From Longimicrobiales bacterium (GTDB taxonomy: Bacteria; Gemmatimonadota; Gemmatimonadetes; Longimicrobiales; RSA9), in NCBI GenBank assembly GCA_035461265.1, contig DATHVO010000293.1, positions 1 through 61,747 of the forward strand: DNA of 61,747 nucleotides. The letters run 5' to 3'. Numbering within the stretch: position 1 is the stretch's first letter; every line of letters begins with the position of its first letter. Positions 35,410 to 44,764 of the stretch are shown here, piece after piece. Made by a program: the position numbers and the translations under genes. The notes beneath the pieces were generated by a model, which worked only from the letters and a program-made list of their open reading frames with translations, was not told the origin of the DNA and did not search any database.

Positions 35410-36717
35410 ATGTCCGTTCCAAGGGCAGCCGCACGCCGGCCGCGCGCCCGGCGGATGCGGCCCGGCTTCGCCACGGCCGCAGTCCTCATGGGTGCCACCC
35501 TGCTCCTCGCGGGATGCGAGGCGGGTGACGCGTACCCACAGACCACGTTCCGACCGGTGAGCGCCTTCGGCGATGCGGTGAACGCGGTCTTCTACAACAC
35601 ATTCGGCTGGACCATGGCGATCATGATCGTCGTGTTCGGCCTCATCCTCTACGCGACGTTTCGCTTCCGCGAGCGGCCCGATGCACCGCACCCCGAGCAG
35701 GTTCACGGCAACACGACCCTGGAGATCACGTGGACCGTTATCCCGGCGCTCATCGTCGTGTTCATCGGTGTCCCCACGGTCCGTACCATCTTCGATACGA
35801 AGCGCCGCCCGCCCGAGGAGGCACTGGTCGTGGAGGTCATCGGACACCAGTGGTGGTGGGAGTTCAGGTACCCGGAATTCGGCATCGCGACGGCGAACCA
35901 GATGTGGGTGCCCACCGGCCGGCCCGTGAGCCTGCAGATGCGCTCGGCCGACGTAGTCCACAGCTTCTGGATTCCACGCATCGGCGGCAAGCGCGACACC
36001 AATCCGCTGCCCCGCCGGCGTGAGGGGGAACCGCCGGCGAACCCGAACTACCTCCTCTTCACGGTGCGTGAGCCCGGCCACTACCTGGGCCAGTGCGCCG
36101 AGTTCTGCGGCGAGTCCCACGCCATCATGCGCATGTCCGTGAACGCCGTGGAGCCCGCCGACTTCGACACGTGGGTCGGGCGCATGAGCGGCGTCGCACC
36201 GGCCGCCCCCGCCGCGGCCCCGACCGCCGCCGCCGATACGGCGACGGCCGCGGCAGCAACCGCGGAAGCCGACACCGCACCGGCCGCCGGGCAGCAGGAG
36301 CCGCCCGTGCCCGCCGCGCAGCCGGCGGCCCCGCAGCCGGCGCGCATCGGCGAGATCCCGGTCCCGACGGGCGCAGGCAACCCCTTCGTGGCGCCGATGG
36401 ATGATGCAGCCCTGGTGGAGGAGGGCGAGCGCATCTTCCTCAGCTCCGCGTGCGTGGCGTGCCACGCCGTCGCCGGCACCACGGCCGTGGGCGCGCTGGG
36501 CCCGGCCCTGACCCTCTACGGCTCACGCCCGTACGTGGGCGCGGGCGCCGGGGAGAACAGCCTGGAGAACCTGATCCGGTGGATCCGCGACCCACAGTCC
36601 ATGAAGCCCGGCGCCCGGATGCCCGGTACGCTCCGGGGCGCCGCCGGCATGCCGCCGACGAATCTGACCGACGCCCAGGTCCGCGCCATTGCCGCGTATC
36701 TGCTGGGCCTGAAGTGA
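35410..36717 (+). CDS. ctaC: cytochrome c oxidase subunit II with fused C-terminal cytochrome c domain (caa3-type)
   Basis: Lipoprotein-like signal (LLLAGC). CuA site VVHSFWIP...CAEFCGESHAIM. An Ala/Pro-rich linker is followed by haem-c motif CVACH and a Met ligand (ARMPG). Confidence 0.9.
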   Translation: MSVPRAAARRPRARRMRPGFATAAVLMGATLLLAGCEAGDAYPQTTFRPVSAFGDAVNAVFYNTFGWTMAIMIVVFGLILYATFRFRERPDAPHPEQVHGNTTLEITWTVIPALIVVFIGVPTVRTIFDTKRRPPEEALVVEVIGHQWWWEFRYPEFGIATANQMWVPTGRPVSLQMRSADVVHSFWIPRIGGKRDTNPLPRRREGEPPANPNYLLFTVREPGHYLGQCAEFCGESHAIMRMSVNAVEPADFDTWVGRMSGVAPAAPAAAPTAAADTATAAAATAEADTAPAAGQQEPPVPAAQPAAPQPARIGEIPVPTGAGNPFVAPMDDAALVEEGERIFLSSACVACHAVAGTTAVGALGPALTLYGSRPYVGAGAGENSLENLIRWIRDPQSMKPGARMPGTLRGAAGMPPTNLTDAQVRAIAAYLLGLK

Positions 36718-36734
36718 GGACGGGATAACCGACA

Positions 36735-38552
36735 ATGTCCACGACGGAAGCTCAGGTGACCGCAACGCCCGTCCGGCGCGTCCGGCGCAGGGATGTAATC
36801 TGGGACTGGCTGACCACGGTTGACCACAAGAAGATCGGCATCCTGTACGGCGTGACGGCGCTGTTCTGGTTCGTCGTCGGCGGCATCGAGGCCACGCTCA
36901 TCCGGATCCAGCTCGCCCGGCCGGAGATGCAGTTCCTCAGCCCCGACGTCTACAACCAGATCTTCACGATGCACGGCACGACCATGGTATTCCTGGTCGG
37001 CATGCCCATCGCCGTGGCGCTGTTCAACTACCTGGTCCCGCTGCAGATCGGGGCACGGGACGTCGCGTTCCCACGCCTCAACGCGCTGTCGTACTGGATC
37101 TTCCTGTTCGGCAGCATCTTCATGAATTTCAGCTTCTTCCTCGGCGCCGCGCCGAACGGCGGCTGGTTCGGGTATGCGCCGCTGACGTCGTCGCAGTACT
37201 CGCCCGGGCTGAACATCGACTTCTGGGTGCTCGGTCTGCAGGCACTCGGCGCCGCGTCCATCATGGGCGGCGTCAATTTCATTACCACGATCATCAACCT
37301 GCGCTGTCCGGGCATGCGACTCATGCGCATGCCACTGTTCACCTGGATGGCATTCATCACGAGCTTCCTCATCGTGACGGCGCTGCCGGTTCTCGCCATC
37401 GCCCTCTTCCTCGTGACGTTCGACCGGTTCTGGGGCACGAACTTCTTCATCACGCAGGCCGGCGGCGACCCGATCCTGTGGCAGCACCTGTTCTGGATGT
37501 TCGGCCACCCCGAGGTCTACATCCTGATCCTGCCGGCCTTCGGCATCGTCAGCGAGATCATCCCGACCTTTTCGCGGAAGCCGCTCTTCGGCTACGCCGT
37601 GATGGTATACTCCGGCGCGCTCATCGGCCTCATCGGCTGGGGCGTGTGGGCCCACCACATGTTCGCCGTGGGCATGGGTCCCATCGCCGATGCGTTCTTC
37701 ACCGTGGCGACGCTGATCATCGCGATTCCGACGGGCGTGAAGATCTTCAACTGGATCGCCACCATGTGGGGCGGCAAGATCCGGCTGCACACAGCCATGA
37801 AGTACGCCATTGCGATGCTCGTGACGTTCACGCTGGGCGGCATCTCGGGCGTGATGCACGCCACGTCGCCGCACAACCTGCAGCAGACGGACACGTACTT
37901 CGTGGTGGCGCATTTCCACTACGTGCTCATCGGCGGCCTCATCTTCGCCATCTTCGGGTCGCTGTATTACTGGTTCCCGAAGCTGACGGGCCGGTTCATG
38001 AGCGAACGGCTGGGGTCCTGGCAGTTCTGGATCTATTTCGTGGGCTTCCACGTGACGTTCATGCCGCAGCACTGGATCGGCCTGCTGGGCATGCCGCGAC
38101 GGATCTTCACGTATTACGACGAGCTGAATCTCGGCGCGCTCAACCTTCTGTCCACATCGGGCGTGCTCGTCCAGGCGGTGGGCGTGCTGCTGCTGTTCGT
38201 CAACGTGATCTACAGTGTGAAGCGCGGCGCACCGGCGGGACGCAACCCGTTCGGCGCCTCGACACTGGAGTGGGCCACGGAGTCGCCGCCCACGGCCATC
38301 AACTTCAATACCACGCCGACGGTGCATTCGCGCGACCCCCTGTGGGTCGAGGCCGATCGCATCGAGGCGACGGTCTTCGGGCCGGTCGAGCCGCACCTGC
38401 ACATGCCGCCGAATTCGTTCTGGCCGTTCCTGACGGCCATCGGCGCAACGGCTACCTTCATACTCTTCATGACGAACATCTGGTGGATGCCGCTGCTGGG
38501 GGTGATCTGGACGGCGGTCTGCGTGATCAACTGGGCGTACGAGCCCGTCTGA
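36735..38552 (+). CDS. ctaD: cytochrome c oxidase subunit I
   Basis: 605 aa, 12+ TM. WFFGHPEVYILILPAFG-type block (MFGHPEVYILILPAFG) and HHMF, canonical for haem-copper oxidase. Confidence 0.95.
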   Translation: MSTTEAQVTATPVRRVRRRDVIWDWLTTVDHKKIGILYGVTALFWFVVGGIEATLIRIQLARPEMQFLSPDVYNQIFTMHGTTMVFLVGMPIAVALFNYLVPLQIGARDVAFPRLNALSYWIFLFGSIFMNFSFFLGAAPNGGWFGYAPLTSSQYSPGLNIDFWVLGLQALGAASIMGGVNFITTIINLRCPGMRLMRMPLFTWMAFITSFLIVTALPVLAIALFLVTFDRFWGTNFFITQAGGDPILWQHLFWMFGHPEVYILILPAFGIVSEIIPTFSRKPLFGYAVMVYSGALIGLIGWGVWAHHMFAVGMGPIADAFFTVATLIIAIPTGVKIFNWIATMWGGKIRLHTAMKYAIAMLVTFTLGGISGVMHATSPHNLQQTDTYFVVAHFHYVLIGGLIFAIFGSLYYWFPKLTGRFMSERLGSWQFWIYFVGFHVTFMPQHWIGLLGMPRRIFTYYDELNLGALNLLSTSGVLVQAVGVLLLFVNVIYSVKRGAPAGRNPFGASTLEWATESPPTAINFNTTPTVHSRDPLWVEADRIEATVFGPVEPHLHMPPNSFWPFLTAIGATATFILFMTNIWWMPLLGVIWTAVCVINWAYEPV

Positions 38553-38576
38553 CGGCCAACGAGGGAGCGAGAGCAA

Positions 38577-39188
38577 GTGGCAACCGCAGTCGCAGCTGAG
38601 ACTCACGGGCATCCCCCGCACCACGCGCCCACGGCGACGGGGCTGAACACGTGGAAGCTCGGCTTCTGGGTGTTCCTCGGGTCGGAGACGCTGTTCTTCG
38701 GGACGCTGATCTCCATCTACATGGTCTACAAGGGGCAGAGCGTCGTCGGCCCGTTCCCGGAAGACATCCTGGACATCCCGCTGACCACACTCAGCACGTT
38801 CGTCCTGCTGATGTCCTCGCTGGCGGTGGTATTGGCGCTCGAGTTCCTGCAGCAGGGCCGTCGCGGGCTGGCGCTGTTCTGGACCATGATGATCATCGTG
38901 CTGGGCTCCGGCTTCCTGGGCTTCCAGGCGTACGAGTTCACGCACTTCTACAAGATGGGGCTCACCCTCCAGACGAACCTCTTCGGCTCGACGTTCTTCG
39001 TCCTGACCGGATTCCACGGTGCGCACGTGACCATCGGCGTGCTGTGGCTGCTGTTCCTCTGGTTCGACATGTACCGCGGCCGGCTCGGCCCGCAGGATGC
39101 ATTGCGCCTGGAGGTGGCGGGCCTCTACTGGCATTTCGTGGACATCGTCTGGATCGTGATCTTCACCCTCGTCTACCTGATGAGCTAG
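38577..39188 (+). CDS. ctaE: cytochrome c oxidase subunit III
   Basis: GTG start. 203 aa, 5 TM. FFVLTGFHGAHVTIG and YWHFVDIVWI motifs. Confidence 0.9.
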   Translation: MATAVAAETHGHPPHHAPTATGLNTWKLGFWVFLGSETLFFGTLISIYMVYKGQSVVGPFPEDILDIPLTTLSTFVLLMSSLAVVLALEFLQQGRRGLALFWTMMIIVLGSGFLGFQAYEFTHFYKMGLTLQTNLFGSTFFVLTGFHGAHVTIGVLWLLFLWFDMYRGRLGPQDALRLEVAGLYWHFVDIVWIVIFTLVYLMS

Positions 39189-39192
39189 CGCC

Positions 39193-39546
39193 ATGTCCGA
39201 ATCCCATGCCATGACGGGTACCGCCCACCACGGCGGCCCGGCGGACGCTCCGCCCCACGTGGGGTGGCGGAAGTACGCGATGATCGGTGTCATCCTGGCG
39301 ATCATCACGGCGCTCGAGGTGGCGGTCTTCTACATCGATGCCCTCGCGCCGGTACTGGTCCCCGTGCTGCTGGTCCTCACGGCGGGCAAGTTCTTCCTGG
39401 TCGTGCTATACTACATGCACCTCAAGATGGACCATCCCATCTTCGGGCGGGTGTTCTGGGCGCCGATGGCGCTGGCGGTGCTTGTGGTGATCGGGCTGAT
39501 CCTGCTGTTCCACGTGTTGCCGACGCTGGGCAAGTTCAGCAACTGA
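39193..39546 (+). CDS. ctaF: cytochrome c oxidase subunit IV (caa3 CtaF-type)
   Basis: 117 aa, 3 TM. The FFLVVLYYMHLK motif is typical of the prokaryotic subunit IV family. Position in the operon supports the call. Confidence 0.7.
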   Translation: MSESHAMTGTAHHGGPADAPPHVGWRKYAMIGVILAIITALEVAVFYIDALAPVLVPVLLVLTAGKFFLVVLYYMHLKMDHPIFGRVFWAPMALAVLVVIGLILLFHVLPTLGKFSN

Positions 39547-39558
39547 AGGTCATACCCC

Positions 39559-40419
39559 ATGCTGGCAGGTCTGTCGTACGCTTCACTCGCGCTGCTGCAC
39601 GGCGGCGAGTTCTCCTGGACCCGCTTCGAAGTCCATATCTCGACGCTCATCGGCTGCATGCTGTGGGTGGCGGCGTACTACCACGTCATTGTGAGATGGC
39701 GGCCGGTTGGCGCCGCGCCGGCGAGCCGCATGCAGCAGGTCGGCTTCGTCGGTGGCACGGTCCTGCTCTTCCTCTCGCTGAACGGTCCGCTCCACGACCT
39801 GAGCGACAACTACCTGTTCAGCGCCCACATGATCCAGCACCTGATCATTACGCTCATCGTGCCACCGCTCTGGCTGATGGGCCTGCCGGCGTGGTCGCTG
39901 CGGCCGGTCCTGCGACGGCCGGCGGTACTGGCGACGGCGCGCGCGCTGACGGGACCGCTCGTCGCCTTCGCCATCTACAACGTCGTGTTCATCGGCTGGC
40001 ACTTCCCGTCGATGTACAACTGGGCGCTGGTGAACCACAACGCGCACATCATGCAGCACCTCATGTTCATCGGGGCGGCCGTGCTGATGTGGTGGCCGGT
40101 GGTGAGCCCGGTGCCGGAGCTGGACCGCATCCAGACGCCGGTGCGAATGCTGTACCTGTTCGCGCTGGGCATCCCCATGTCCATCGTTTCCGCCATCATC
40201 ACCCTGGCGGAGCAGGCCATGTACCCGTGGTACGCGGCGGCGCCGCGTGTCTTCGAGAACATCACGGCGGTGGATGACCAGCAGCTGGGCGGGCTCATCA
40301 TGTGGGTGCCCGGCATGATCGTCTTCTGGACCGCCATCACGATCATCTTCTTCCGCTGGAGCACGCGCGAGCAGCGCGAGGAGTGGCGCGAGCGCGCAAC
40401 GCTGAGGGCCGAGGGGTGA
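39559..40419 (+). CDS. ctaG: cytochrome c oxidase assembly factor CtaG (caa3 type)
   Basis: Polytopic membrane protein with FSAHMIQHLIITLIVPPL and MQHLMF motifs. It directly follows the cta genes. Confidence 0.75.
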   Translation: MLAGLSYASLALLHGGEFSWTRFEVHISTLIGCMLWVAAYYHVIVRWRPVGAAPASRMQQVGFVGGTVLLFLSLNGPLHDLSDNYLFSAHMIQHLIITLIVPPLWLMGLPAWSLRPVLRRPAVLATARALTGPLVAFAIYNVVFIGWHFPSMYNWALVNHNAHIMQHLMFIGAAVLMWWPVVSPVPELDRIQTPVRMLYLFALGIPMSIVSAIITLAEQAMYPWYAAAPRVFENITAVDDQQLGGLIMWVPGMIVFWTAITIIFFRWSTREQREEWRERATLRAEG

Positions 40420-40853
40420 AGGCCGCCGGCGGTGTGCCCGCATGGCCGCTCCGCAGTTGGGTCGCCGGGCTGCTCATGGCCGGCGTGGTGGGGGCCGGCT
40501 GTGCCCGGACGGTGGAGGTGGTGGGGCGCGAGGTCGTCACGGACGGCAGGCAGGAGAGCGCACCGGCCCGCTCGGCGGGGAATCTGCCGACGTCGTTCAT
40601 CGTCGTGACGCCGGCCAGCGTCTCGACGGACTGCCCGCCCGTGCTCCGCGATCCCGGCATCAACGCGGTCCTGACGCTGCGCCACTCCACACTTCAACCC
40701 ACCCGCGAGGCCGATGGCACGGTGCACTACTGGGCCATCGGCGACTACACGGCGGAGCCGCGAGGCCGGTACGGCGAGGAGCCGGGGGAGGGCCTGCGCA
40801 TCGACTGCAGCCGCCTCCGTGCACTCGGCATTGTCCGGGTCGAAACGGGCTGA
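40416..40853 (+). CDS. hypothetical lipoprotein
   Basis: GTG 40416 overlaps the ctaG stop (GTGA). Lipobox-like LLMAGVVGAGC. No family recognised. Confidence 0.5.
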   Translation: MKAAGGVPAWPLRSWVAGLLMAGVVGAGCARTVEVVGREVVTDGRQESAPARSAGNLPTSFIVVTPASVSTDCPPVLRDPGINAVLTLRHSTLQPTREADGTVHYWAIGDYTAEPRGRYGEEPGEGLRIDCSRLRALGIVRVETG

Positions 40854-40858
40854 CGCCG

Positions 40859-41347
40859 GTGGACCCGGCTGCCGGCAGTCCGGGCGAGTTCCGGATCTGG
40901 GTCGACGCGGATGCCGCGCCGCGGGACGTGAAGGACGTCGTCCAGCGAGCGGCGTTGCGCCTGCAGGTGCCGGCGGTGCTGGTTGCCAACAAGCGACTGA
41001 GTGTGCCGCTGAACAACCGGTACGTGCATGCGATCCAGGTCAGCGGCGGTCCGGACGTGGCGGATGCCTACATCGCGGAGCACGCGTCTCCCGGCGATGT
41101 CGCCGTGACGGCGGACATACCCCTCGCCGCGCGCCTGGTGGAGCGGCGGGTCATCGTGCTCGACCCGCGTGGTGAGAGGTACACGGAGGAGAACGTGAAC
41201 GAGCGCCTGTCCATCCGGGACTTCATGGAGTCGCTGCGGGGGGCAGGCGTGGAGACGGGCGGGGCGAAGCCATACGGCCCGCGTGACAAGCAGGCGTTCG
41301 CCGCGGCCCTCGACCGCACTCTCACGGCGGCCCGACGGAAGCGCTGA
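40859..41347 (+). CDS. YaiI/YqxD (UPF0178/DUF188) family protein
   Basis: IWVDADAAPRDVKDVVQRAALR...VLVAN matches the YaiI N-terminal signature. Start is GTG 40859 within ORF 40442..41347. Confidence 0.7.
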   Translation: MDPAAGSPGEFRIWVDADAAPRDVKDVVQRAALRLQVPAVLVANKRLSVPLNNRYVHAIQVSGGPDVADAYIAEHASPGDVAVTADIPLAARLVERRVIVLDPRGERYTEENVNERLSIRDFMESLRGAGVETGGAKPYGPRDKQAFAAALDRTLTAARRKR

Positions 41348-41408
41348 GACGCCAGCCCGACGCACTTCTCACTACAGACATACCCGCAGTCATCGCGCAG
41401 GAGGTGGC

Positions 41409-41933
41409 GTGTACGTACTTCGCTGCACGGGCGCGCTGCTCCGCGATGTGGCGCGGTACCACCTCCCGGCCGGCGATGCCGGGAGCGCGACTCGCCTGGG
41501 CGACTGGTACGCGACGCGCCTGAACGCCGGACCCCGGCGATACGTCCTCGCCACGAGCAGCCTCTGCCTCCTCAGCGTCGTGGTCCCGGCGAGGGATCTC
41601 CGGAGTCTGCCCCTGCGGCTGGTCGCCGCGGTGGACCGGCTTCTGGCACACATCGGCGTGCCGGACGCGGCGCGGCGCGACGAGCTGGCCGCGATGGCTG
41701 AGGCCCGCGTGGCGAAGACGAACAGCCGCTCCGTGCTCGGCTCCATGGCGTTCCTGGCGGAACAGGCCGGCGAGCAGCTCCACGACCTGCCGCACCGGCC
41801 GGGGCGTACACTCGGCCACGTCGATGCGTGGCTCGCCGAGGTGTCGTGCGGCGTGCTGGAACTGCGGACGCCCGCCGAAGCTGCCCTCGACCTGCTCCGC
41901 GGCCCTGCGCGGGCCGCCGGCCGGAGACGCTAG
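41409..41933 (+). CDS. conserved hypothetical protein
   Basis: GTG 41409 lies 5 nt after AGGAGG. N-terminus VYVLRCTGALLRDV. I recall a similar DUF family but cannot name it reliably. Confidence 0.55.
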   Translation: MYVLRCTGALLRDVARYHLPAGDAGSATRLGDWYATRLNAGPRRYVLATSSLCLLSVVVPARDLRSLPLRLVAAVDRLLAHIGVPDAARRDELAAMAEARVAKTNSRSVLGSMAFLAEQAGEQLHDLPHRPGRTLGHVDAWLAEVSCGVLELRTPAEAALDLLRGPARAAGRRR

Positions 41934-44728
41934 TCCCGGGGACGCGCCAGGGAACCGTACGCCTCCAGCCGGCGCGAGACGTCTCCGTCCGGGATGATCA
42001 CGGCGATCCACGGGGCGTCGGGTGACCGCATGCGGGCGGTCCACTCGATCACGCCCGGCACATCCGGCCGCAGGATGAGCGATCGCTCCGGCTGATCCAC
42101 GTCGAGATTGTCCGGGCGCACCGCGAACCTGTGGGCTCCGCTGCCCGCTGCGGTCAGCCGGATCGTCACCGTCCCGTCCGCGGCGGTCTCCGATTGGAGC
42201 CTGAACTCGAGCGCCAGGTCGCGCCCGGTCCCGGCGCGGTCCCCGCCGCCTTTGACGGTGCCGTGGCCGGCCATGTCCTGCATGAGCCAGAGCCAGCGGC
42301 TGACGGGGTGCACCCAGACCTCCTTGTAGACGTACATGTTCTGCGACGGCCAGTACGGCAGGTCCGTGGCGCGCCAGCTCTGCATGCCCACGGGGAGCGC
42401 TCCGACGAAGTCGCCGGACGACACGGCGTACTGCTGCGGCCAGTCGTAGCCCTCGCCGTACATGGTGCTCTGCACGAACGGATTGCGGCCGACGATCCAC
42501 TGGGCCTGCTGCTGAGCGAGGCCTGCGGCCGCGTCGTCGCGCCGCAGGCGTGCCGCCGCAGAAAGCGCCTTCGCCTGGGACAGCAGCACGCCGTAGTTGC
42601 CGCGGCGGGCGAACCAGACGGGGAATGCCCGGAGGTACCAGCCCTCACCCATGGGCATGCCCTGCAGCACCTGTTCGCGGTAGGCCTCCCGCGTCGCCAT
42701 GTGGCGGGCGCCTTCTTCCGGGATGAGCAGGTGGTCACCGTCCCGATACACGTATGCCGGGAGGACGCCCCAGGGCGCCGTCGTGCGGGCGGCGGCCTTC
42801 TGGTATTCGGCGTAGCGCGCGACGGTGGCGTACCACGCCATCCAGTCGGCGTGGTCGGGAAACGTCTCGACCAGTCGGACGAGGGCGGTAATGGGCGCCT
42901 GGTCGTTGCCGCGGTGGAACTGATGGAAAAGCGTGTCGCGGTCGGGTCCGGTGTGGAAGAAGCCGGCGAGGGGGAAATCGCTGCCGACGAACGTCGTCTG
43001 CTGCGATGCGGTGATGGTGCGTGCGAGCTCGACGGCCTTGCCCGAATACTGCGCATCCCCCGTCGCATCGTACAGTTCGAGGGAGGCCGTAACGCCGATG
43101 GCCGCCAGTTCGAGGGGGGTGGCCGCGAAGGCGGGCGTGCTCCACGTCTCCGGCCCTTCGACGCCCGTGATGGCGTGGCGCCAGTCGTCGGCGGCCATGT
43201 CCAGGCTGCGGGCGGCTCGCTCCGGATCGATGTCCCTGAGTACCCTGTACGCGATGGCGCCGGCGGCGGCGGCGATGTAGTTCACGTTGGGGTTGTTCAG
43301 TGCCTCGCGGGTACGGTCGTCCGCGTCGCCGATGATCCCGTTCGTCCAGATGTTCATGCTGGCGAAGCCGATGCGGTAGCCGCCGGGGAACCGGACCTTG
43401 AGCAGCCAGTCGAGCCCCCACGTCGCCTCCTCCACGAGCCGGTCCACGAGGGCGGCGTTGGCACCGCCGGCACGGAGGTGCTCCGCCAGGGCGAACATGG
43501 CGTACGTGGCCTCCCCCGTGTTGACGGCGCCCTGCGACAGGTCGCCGGCGTCGTGCCAGCCGCCGTTCATGACCACGCTCGTGTCGCCCTGCGTGGCGAG
43601 CCAGTCGGTGTGGTCGACGTCGTGCGACCCGGGCACGGCGAAGCCGCACCGCTGGCCGTAGAAGAAGTTCAGGGCCTTCCAGATGCTCGGTTCCCACACG
43701 TCGTCCCCGATGGGGAACGGCCGCGTCCGCCGGTCGCCCGCGCGGATGATGTAAGTGCCGGCCGTCCGCACGTCCGAGAAGTCCATCTGCTGGAAGGTGC
43801 CGAGTCGCGTGGTCACGGTCTCGACGGCACGGCTGAGGACGATCTCGCCGAGAGCCCTGTCGTCCAGGCGGACGAGCTGGAATCGCGATGCCGGCAGGTC
43901 GCTGGCGAGCGCCGTCTTTCCGGCGTCGGTGGCATAGCCGGAATGGCTGTAGGCGATGCGACCCGGCGCGGCGAGCCACCCGGCGTAGTGGTCGGGCTCG
44001 ACGCGCTGGAGCTCGAGCCGGCCGATCTCGAAGGCGACCCGGTCACCCGGCTGGGCGAGCATACGGTTCACCCAGTAGCCGATCTCGATGGCCGTGACCC
44101 GGTCGCGTGACAGCGGCGTGATCTCCCACACCACCTGCTGCCACACGTCGTTCACCAGCGTCACGTAGTGCGTGCCATCCCGGTGGTAGGCGTCGGGCAA
44201 GGTCTCCTCGCCGGCGTTGTGCAGCACAATCTGCAGGGGCAGCATCGGGAAACCCGCCACGTCCGGCCGGATCCAGAGGGAGAGGCGGTTGTAGCCGCTC
44301 CAGTCAGCCTCCTGGAATGCGCGCCGGAGATTGACGGCGCTCAGGCGATTGCGGGTGGGGGCAGGCTCGTCGTGGAACATCTGCACGTCCACACGGAGCA
44401 AGCGCATCCCATCCAGCGTCGGCGTGTCGGGGAATGACAGCCGGCCCGTCCCGCTGAACCGCCACGCGTCCGGGTCCGTCATGTCGTCGAGGACCGCACT
44501 CGCCAGGACCGGCTTGTTCAGCCACCCGAATTCCGCCGACCGCGAGAAGTCGATGGGCATCAGGGCGCGGGGCGTCTGCGCCTCCACGGCAGCCGGCGCT
44601 GCGGTCGCGAGGACGGCAGCGAGGACGGCAGCGAGGGGGGTGGTCACGCACTCGATGCCGGCTGTCCCGTGCCGCGGGCCGGGTATACGTTGGACGAGCC
44701 GGGACCTGTACCGATTTTTCGTGCTCAC
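41930..44728 (-). CDS. glycoside hydrolase family 9-like protein with an Ig-like (CelD_N-type) domain and a roughly 300-aa N-terminal extension
   Basis: Ig-like module (DFSDVRTAGTYIIRAGDRRTRPFPIGDDVW...ALNFFYGQRCG) followed by NGGWHDAGDLSQG and VGRNPFVQSTMYGEGY blocks. GTG start at 44728, or alternatively GTG 44647. Confidence 0.7.
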   Translation of the reverse strand: MSTKNRYRSRLVQRIPGPRHGTAGIECVTTPLAAVLAAVLATAAPAAVEAQTPRALMPIDFSRSAEFGWLNKPVLASAVLDDMTDPDAWRFSGTGRLSFPDTPTLDGMRLLRVDVQMFHDEPAPTRNRLSAVNLRRAFQEADWSGYNRLSLWIRPDVAGFPMLPLQIVLHNAGEETLPDAYHRDGTHYVTLVNDVWQQVVWEITPLSRDRVTAIEIGYWVNRMLAQPGDRVAFEIGRLELQRVEPDHYAGWLAAPGRIAYSHSGYATDAGKTALASDLPASRFQLVRLDDRALGEIVLSRAVETVTTRLGTFQQMDFSDVRTAGTYIIRAGDRRTRPFPIGDDVWEPSIWKALNFFYGQRCGFAVPGSHDVDHTDWLATQGDTSVVMNGGWHDAGDLSQGAVNTGEATYAMFALAEHLRAGGANAALVDRLVEEATWGLDWLLKVRFPGGYRIGFASMNIWTNGIIGDADDRTREALNNPNVNYIAAAAGAIAYRVLRDIDPERAARSLDMAADDWRHAITGVEGPETWSTPAFAATPLELAAIGVTASLELYDATGDAQYSGKAVELARTITASQQTTFVGSDFPLAGFFHTGPDRDTLFHQFHRGNDQAPITALVRLVETFPDHADWMAWYATVARYAEYQKAAARTTAPWGVLPAYVYRDGDHLLIPEEGARHMATREAYREQVLQGMPMGEGWYLRAFPVWFARRGNYGVLLSQAKALSAAARLRRDDAAAGLAQQQAQWIVGRNPFVQSTMYGEGYDWPQQYAVSSGDFVGALPVGMQSWRATDLPYWPSQNMYVYKEVWVHPVSRWLWLMQDMAGHGTVKGGGDRAGTGRDLALEFRLQSETAADGTVTIRLTAAGSGAHRFAVRPDNLDVDQPERSLILRPDVPGVIEWTARMRSPDAPWIAVIIPDGDVSRRLEAYGSLARPRD

Positions 44729-44764
44729 GTTTGTCCTCGGGTGGGGGGTACCGGTGGAATATCC

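Noticed and set aside
36516-39308. 930-aa ORF on the minus strand spanning the whole ctaD/ctaE region. There are similar long ORFs at 14872..16992 (antisense to aspA), 21309..23267 (antisense to copA), 42131..44110 (antisense to GH9), 59594..61660 (antisense to ggt), 27410..29125 and 19372..20556.
   Set aside because: Their translations are Arg/Pro/Gly/His-rich low-complexity text with no recognisable motifs. Each lies exactly opposite a gene with unambiguous family signatures. Stop-poor antisense frames are expected at this GC content. These are shadow ORFs, not overlapping genes.
41930-41933. Convergent genes sharing the palindrome CTAG as both stop codons. TGATCA at 54300-54305 does likewise for the DinB and potD genes.
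   Set aside because: This is a curiosity of very tight packing with palindromic stop contexts. There is no evidence of function.
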